A stretch of DNA of 64,000 bases, taken from positions 4,096,001-4,160,000 of the forward strand of contig OY843751.1 in NCBI GenBank assembly GCA_963693055.1. Reading direction: 5' to 3'. A program made the position numbers and the translations under genes. This document shows positions 61,497-64,000 of the stretch, one piece after another. Every line of letters starts with the position of its first letter. The stretch's first letter is position 1. Under the pieces are notes generated by a model. The model saw only the letters and a list, made by a program, of their open reading frames with translations, searched no databases and was not told the DNA's origin. The stretch is from a bacterium (GTDB taxonomy: Bacteria > Zhuqueibacterota > Zhuqueibacteria > Residuimicrobiales > Krinioviventaceae).

Positions 61497-64000
61497 TTAC
61501 TTTATTAAAATCATCTTTTTCATATCTAAAAAATCACCCGCCTTGATCTTGAAATAATACAATCCGCTGGAATGATTCACACCATTCCAATTGATCTGAT
61601 GGGTACCTGCGGTTCGGTTTTCTGAAATCAACCGATCTACCAACTGACCATTACTGTTGTATATCGACAATTCTACAAAAGCAGATTTTGGCAAATCAAA
61701 ACTGATATGCGTTGTCGGATTAAAGGGATTCGGATAATTCTGGTATAAATTAAATCGGGTTGGCAACGCGCCCGCATCTTCAATACCTGTAGGATGATCT
61801 ACAACAATCAACTTTTCTTTAATCATTGTATCACTTCCTCCAGGTCCGGTTACTGTCAACGAAACAGTAAATGAATCCGCTGTTGTATACTCGTGCAGTG
61901 GATTCTGTTCGTCACTGGTACAGCCATCACCAAAATCCCATAACCACTCGGTTATAACACCGCTGGAACTGTCAGAAAACTGTACTGTAAATGGATAAGC
62001 ACCCGCAGTAGAGTCTACTGCAAACGCAGCAATGGGTGCAGGTTCTATTACAATAATATAATTTGTGTTAACACATGTATCTGATCCACCCGGCCCGGAG
62101 ACTGATAAAGAGACAGAAAAAGTATCAGCAACTGTATAGGTATGTTCCGGATTTTGCTCACTACTGGTTTCTCCATCACCAAAATCCCATGACCATTCGG
62201 TTATCGTTCCGGTAGAACTGTCAGCAAACTGTACAGTCAACGGTGCAATGCCTCCGGTTGTATCAGCTGTAAAGGCCGCAACCGGTTGTGCTTCATTAAT
62301 AATAATATAATTTTCTTTTACCAGTGTATTTGAACCATCCGGCCCCTCCACCGTTAACGATACTGAAAATGAATCCGATGTTTCATAAACATGCACAGGG
62401 TTCTGTTCCGTACTTGTATAGCCATCACCAAAATCCCATAACCATTCAGAAATATAACCGGTAGACAGATCCTGAAATTCTACCTGTAAAGGAGAAATCC
62501 CGTTTGTGGGCTCTGCTATAAAATTAGCTGTCGGTTCAACACTCATGAACGAGGTGTTTTGATAATTGCAGCCTAATTTAGGCCAGGGACTGTCAGCCAA
62601 GCCATAGCTCTCGGTCTGTAAACAATAAAAGTTACCATCGTTCGATCCAATATACAATTTACCATTCATATCTAATGAAGGTGAAGAAACAACCTCACCG
62701 CTAGTAGTATATTTCCAATTTAGTGTTCCATCCGGATGAATAGCGTATACATTCTTGTCCGATGAGCCAACATAAATCATTCCATCATATCCAACAGTAG
62801 GAGAAGATTCAATCGCAGCACCGGTTTCATACTGCCATTTTAATGTACCATTATTATTCAAGGCATACAAATTCTGGTCTAATGAGCCCACATAAATTGT
62901 ACTGTCTGCCCCAATAGATGGAGATGAGGTCACTTTATCACCGGTTTGATATTTCCATTTCACAGTTCCATCAGAATTTAATGCATACAAATTGCCATCA
63001 TTTGATCCAAAATAAATCGTGCCATCATAATCAATCGCTGCTGAAGATCTCACATACTTGCCGGTATCATATTTCCATTTCACTGAGCCATCCGGATTAA
63101 CTGCATACAAAATACCATCGTTCGATCCAAAATAAATTGTTCCATCCTGAGCAATTGAAGGAGTTGTATAAATTCGTCCACCTGCCGGGACCGTCCACTT
63201 TTGGGAACCATCAGGATTAATCGCAAATAAATAACGACCTTCACTGGTAATATAAATTGTGCTGTCTTTACCAACAGAAGCTGAACCTCTTAAATTTCCG
63301 GATAGATATGCATTCCAAACTTCTTGTCCATCATTATCTATTTTATACAAATGGCCATAACCTGCAGGTATATACAATTCATTGTCAGGGCCAATAGTAT
63401 TTGACGCTAAAACATACCCAAATTCATCGGTTTGCCAGTTCAACCCACCATCAGAGTCGAATGAATAACTATTTCCAATTGTAGATCCAATATAAACCTC
63501 ACTATCATAATCTAAAGTTGCCGAAGCTGAAATTTCACCAAAAGTATAAAATGTCCAATTTATGGGACCATAAAATGCATTCATAACATCAGCAGATACT
63601 AAATTTTCCTGATTACTAACAGTGACTGCAAATTTATAATTTCCAAAATCATTACTGTCAAATGATACTGTGGTAATACTTGAGGTTGAATCTGCAATAG
63701 TAACAACACTATTTTCCGGTTTTTCTAAAACAATCCAGGAAAAAGTCAATGCTCCTCCATCAGATGCAAAAGATTGACTCGCATCTAATGTCAAAGTCTC
63801 ATTACTTTTAATATAACTTTCTTTTGGATTTAAAACGACTTGAGGACTGTCAATATTATAGCTATTACTCGTACAGCTTACATTCTTGTGATTTTTAGGC
63901 CAGGGGCTGTCAGCCAATCCCATACTTTCTGTTTGTAAAACATACATAGATCCCGTTTTATTATAACCTGATCCTGAAAAACTTTCTGCAATTATAAGGC
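61497..64000 (-). CDS. Secreted PQQ-like (BamB-type) beta-propeller + PKD repeat protein with T9SS-type C-terminal domain (5'-partial)
   Basis: Frame stays open to the window end; 'SSPSIG.DGTIY.GS.D..LYA.N.DG..KW' blades; three 'W.WDFGDG..S.EQNP.H.Y' PKDs; 'YQNYPNPFNP...KKMILIK'. Confidence 0.9.
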   Translation of the reverse strand, partial: LIIAESFSGSGYNKTGSMYVLQTESMGLADSPWPKNHKNVSCTSNSYNIDSPQVVLNPKESYIKSNETLTLDASQSFASDGGALTFSWIVLEKPENSVVTIADSTSSITTVSFDSNDFGNYKFAVTVSNQENLVSADVMNAFYGPINWTFYTFGEISASATLDYDSEVYIGSTIGNSYSFDSDGGLNWQTDEFGYVLASNTIGPDNELYIPAGYGHLYKIDNDGQEVWNAYLSGNLRGSASVGKDSTIYITSEGRYLFAINPDGSQKWTVPAGGRIYTTPSIAQDGTIYFGSNDGILYAVNPDGSVKWKYDTGKYVRSSAAIDYDGTIYFGSNDGNLYALNSDGTVKWKYQTGDKVTSSPSIGADSTIYVGSLDQNLYALNNNGTLKWQYETGAAIESSPTVGYDGMIYVGSSDKNVYAIHPDGTLNWKYTTSGEVVSSPSLDMNGKLYIGSNDGNFYCLQTESYGLADSPWPKLGCNYQNTSFMSVEPTANFIAEPTNGISPLQVEFQDLSTGYISEWLWDFGDGYTSTEQNPVHVYETSDSFSVSLTVEGPDGSNTLVKENYIIINEAQPVAAFTADTTGGIAPLTVQFADSSTGTITEWSWDFGDGETSSEQNPEHTYTVADTFSVSLSVSGPGGSDTCVNTNYIIVIEPAPIAAFAVDSTAGAYPFTVQFSDSSSGVITEWLWDFGDGCTSDEQNPLHEYTTADSFTVSLTVTGPGGSDTMIKEKLIVVDHPTGIEDAGALPTRFNLYQNYPNPFNPTTHISFDLPKSAFVELSIYNSNGQLVDRLISENRTAGTHQINWNGVNHSSGLYYFKIKAGDFLDMKKMILIK

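Noticed and set aside
26-63274. Numerous 60-180 aa ORFs overlapping or antisense to long genes (e.g. 2884..3399, 28910..29440, 48868..49398)
   Set aside because: Shadow ORFs of well-supported genes with no recognisable motifs.
1-64000. tRNA or rRNA genes
   Set aside because: No cloverleaf/T-loop or rRNA-like sequence was noticed by eye; not confirmed with a scanner.

Overview
Chromosomal window from a Gram-negative, probably FCB-group-like bacterium (KSB1/Calditrichota-type; inferred from five secreted proteins ending in a 'YPNPFNP...K' T9SS-type-A/FlgD-Ig sorting domain, plus a TonB receptor and a chemoreceptor). The left part holds glycan-degradation genes (WbsX/GH99-like, GH92, sulfatase), an ECF sigma/anti-sigma/Spy-like module whose likely promoter motif is visible twice, a TonB receptor, an MCP, two tandem propeller-HisKA_2 kinases, an FNR-box-preceded DUF438/DUF1858 operon and two lamin-tail paralogs. 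The most striking element is an intact, tightly coupled ~11.3 kb phage-derived virion operon (38960-50249, minus strand): portal, prohead protease/scaffold, decoration-like protein, major capsid, neck proteins, tail-tube-like protein, an LVIVD-propeller tail protein and a holin-like gene. It has no recognisable terminase, tape measure, endolysin, integrase, repressor or replication genes, which makes it a candidate domesticated GTA-like or capsid-particle system. It also contains a ~120-nt structured inverted-repeat element. To its right lie an AbiE type IV toxin-antitoxin pair, a GH31, and a decayed HlyD-VTC-DUF4956 operon interrupted by a complete IS4-family element with a perfect 10-bp target duplication. 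All family calls come from motif recognition by eye, not database searches.
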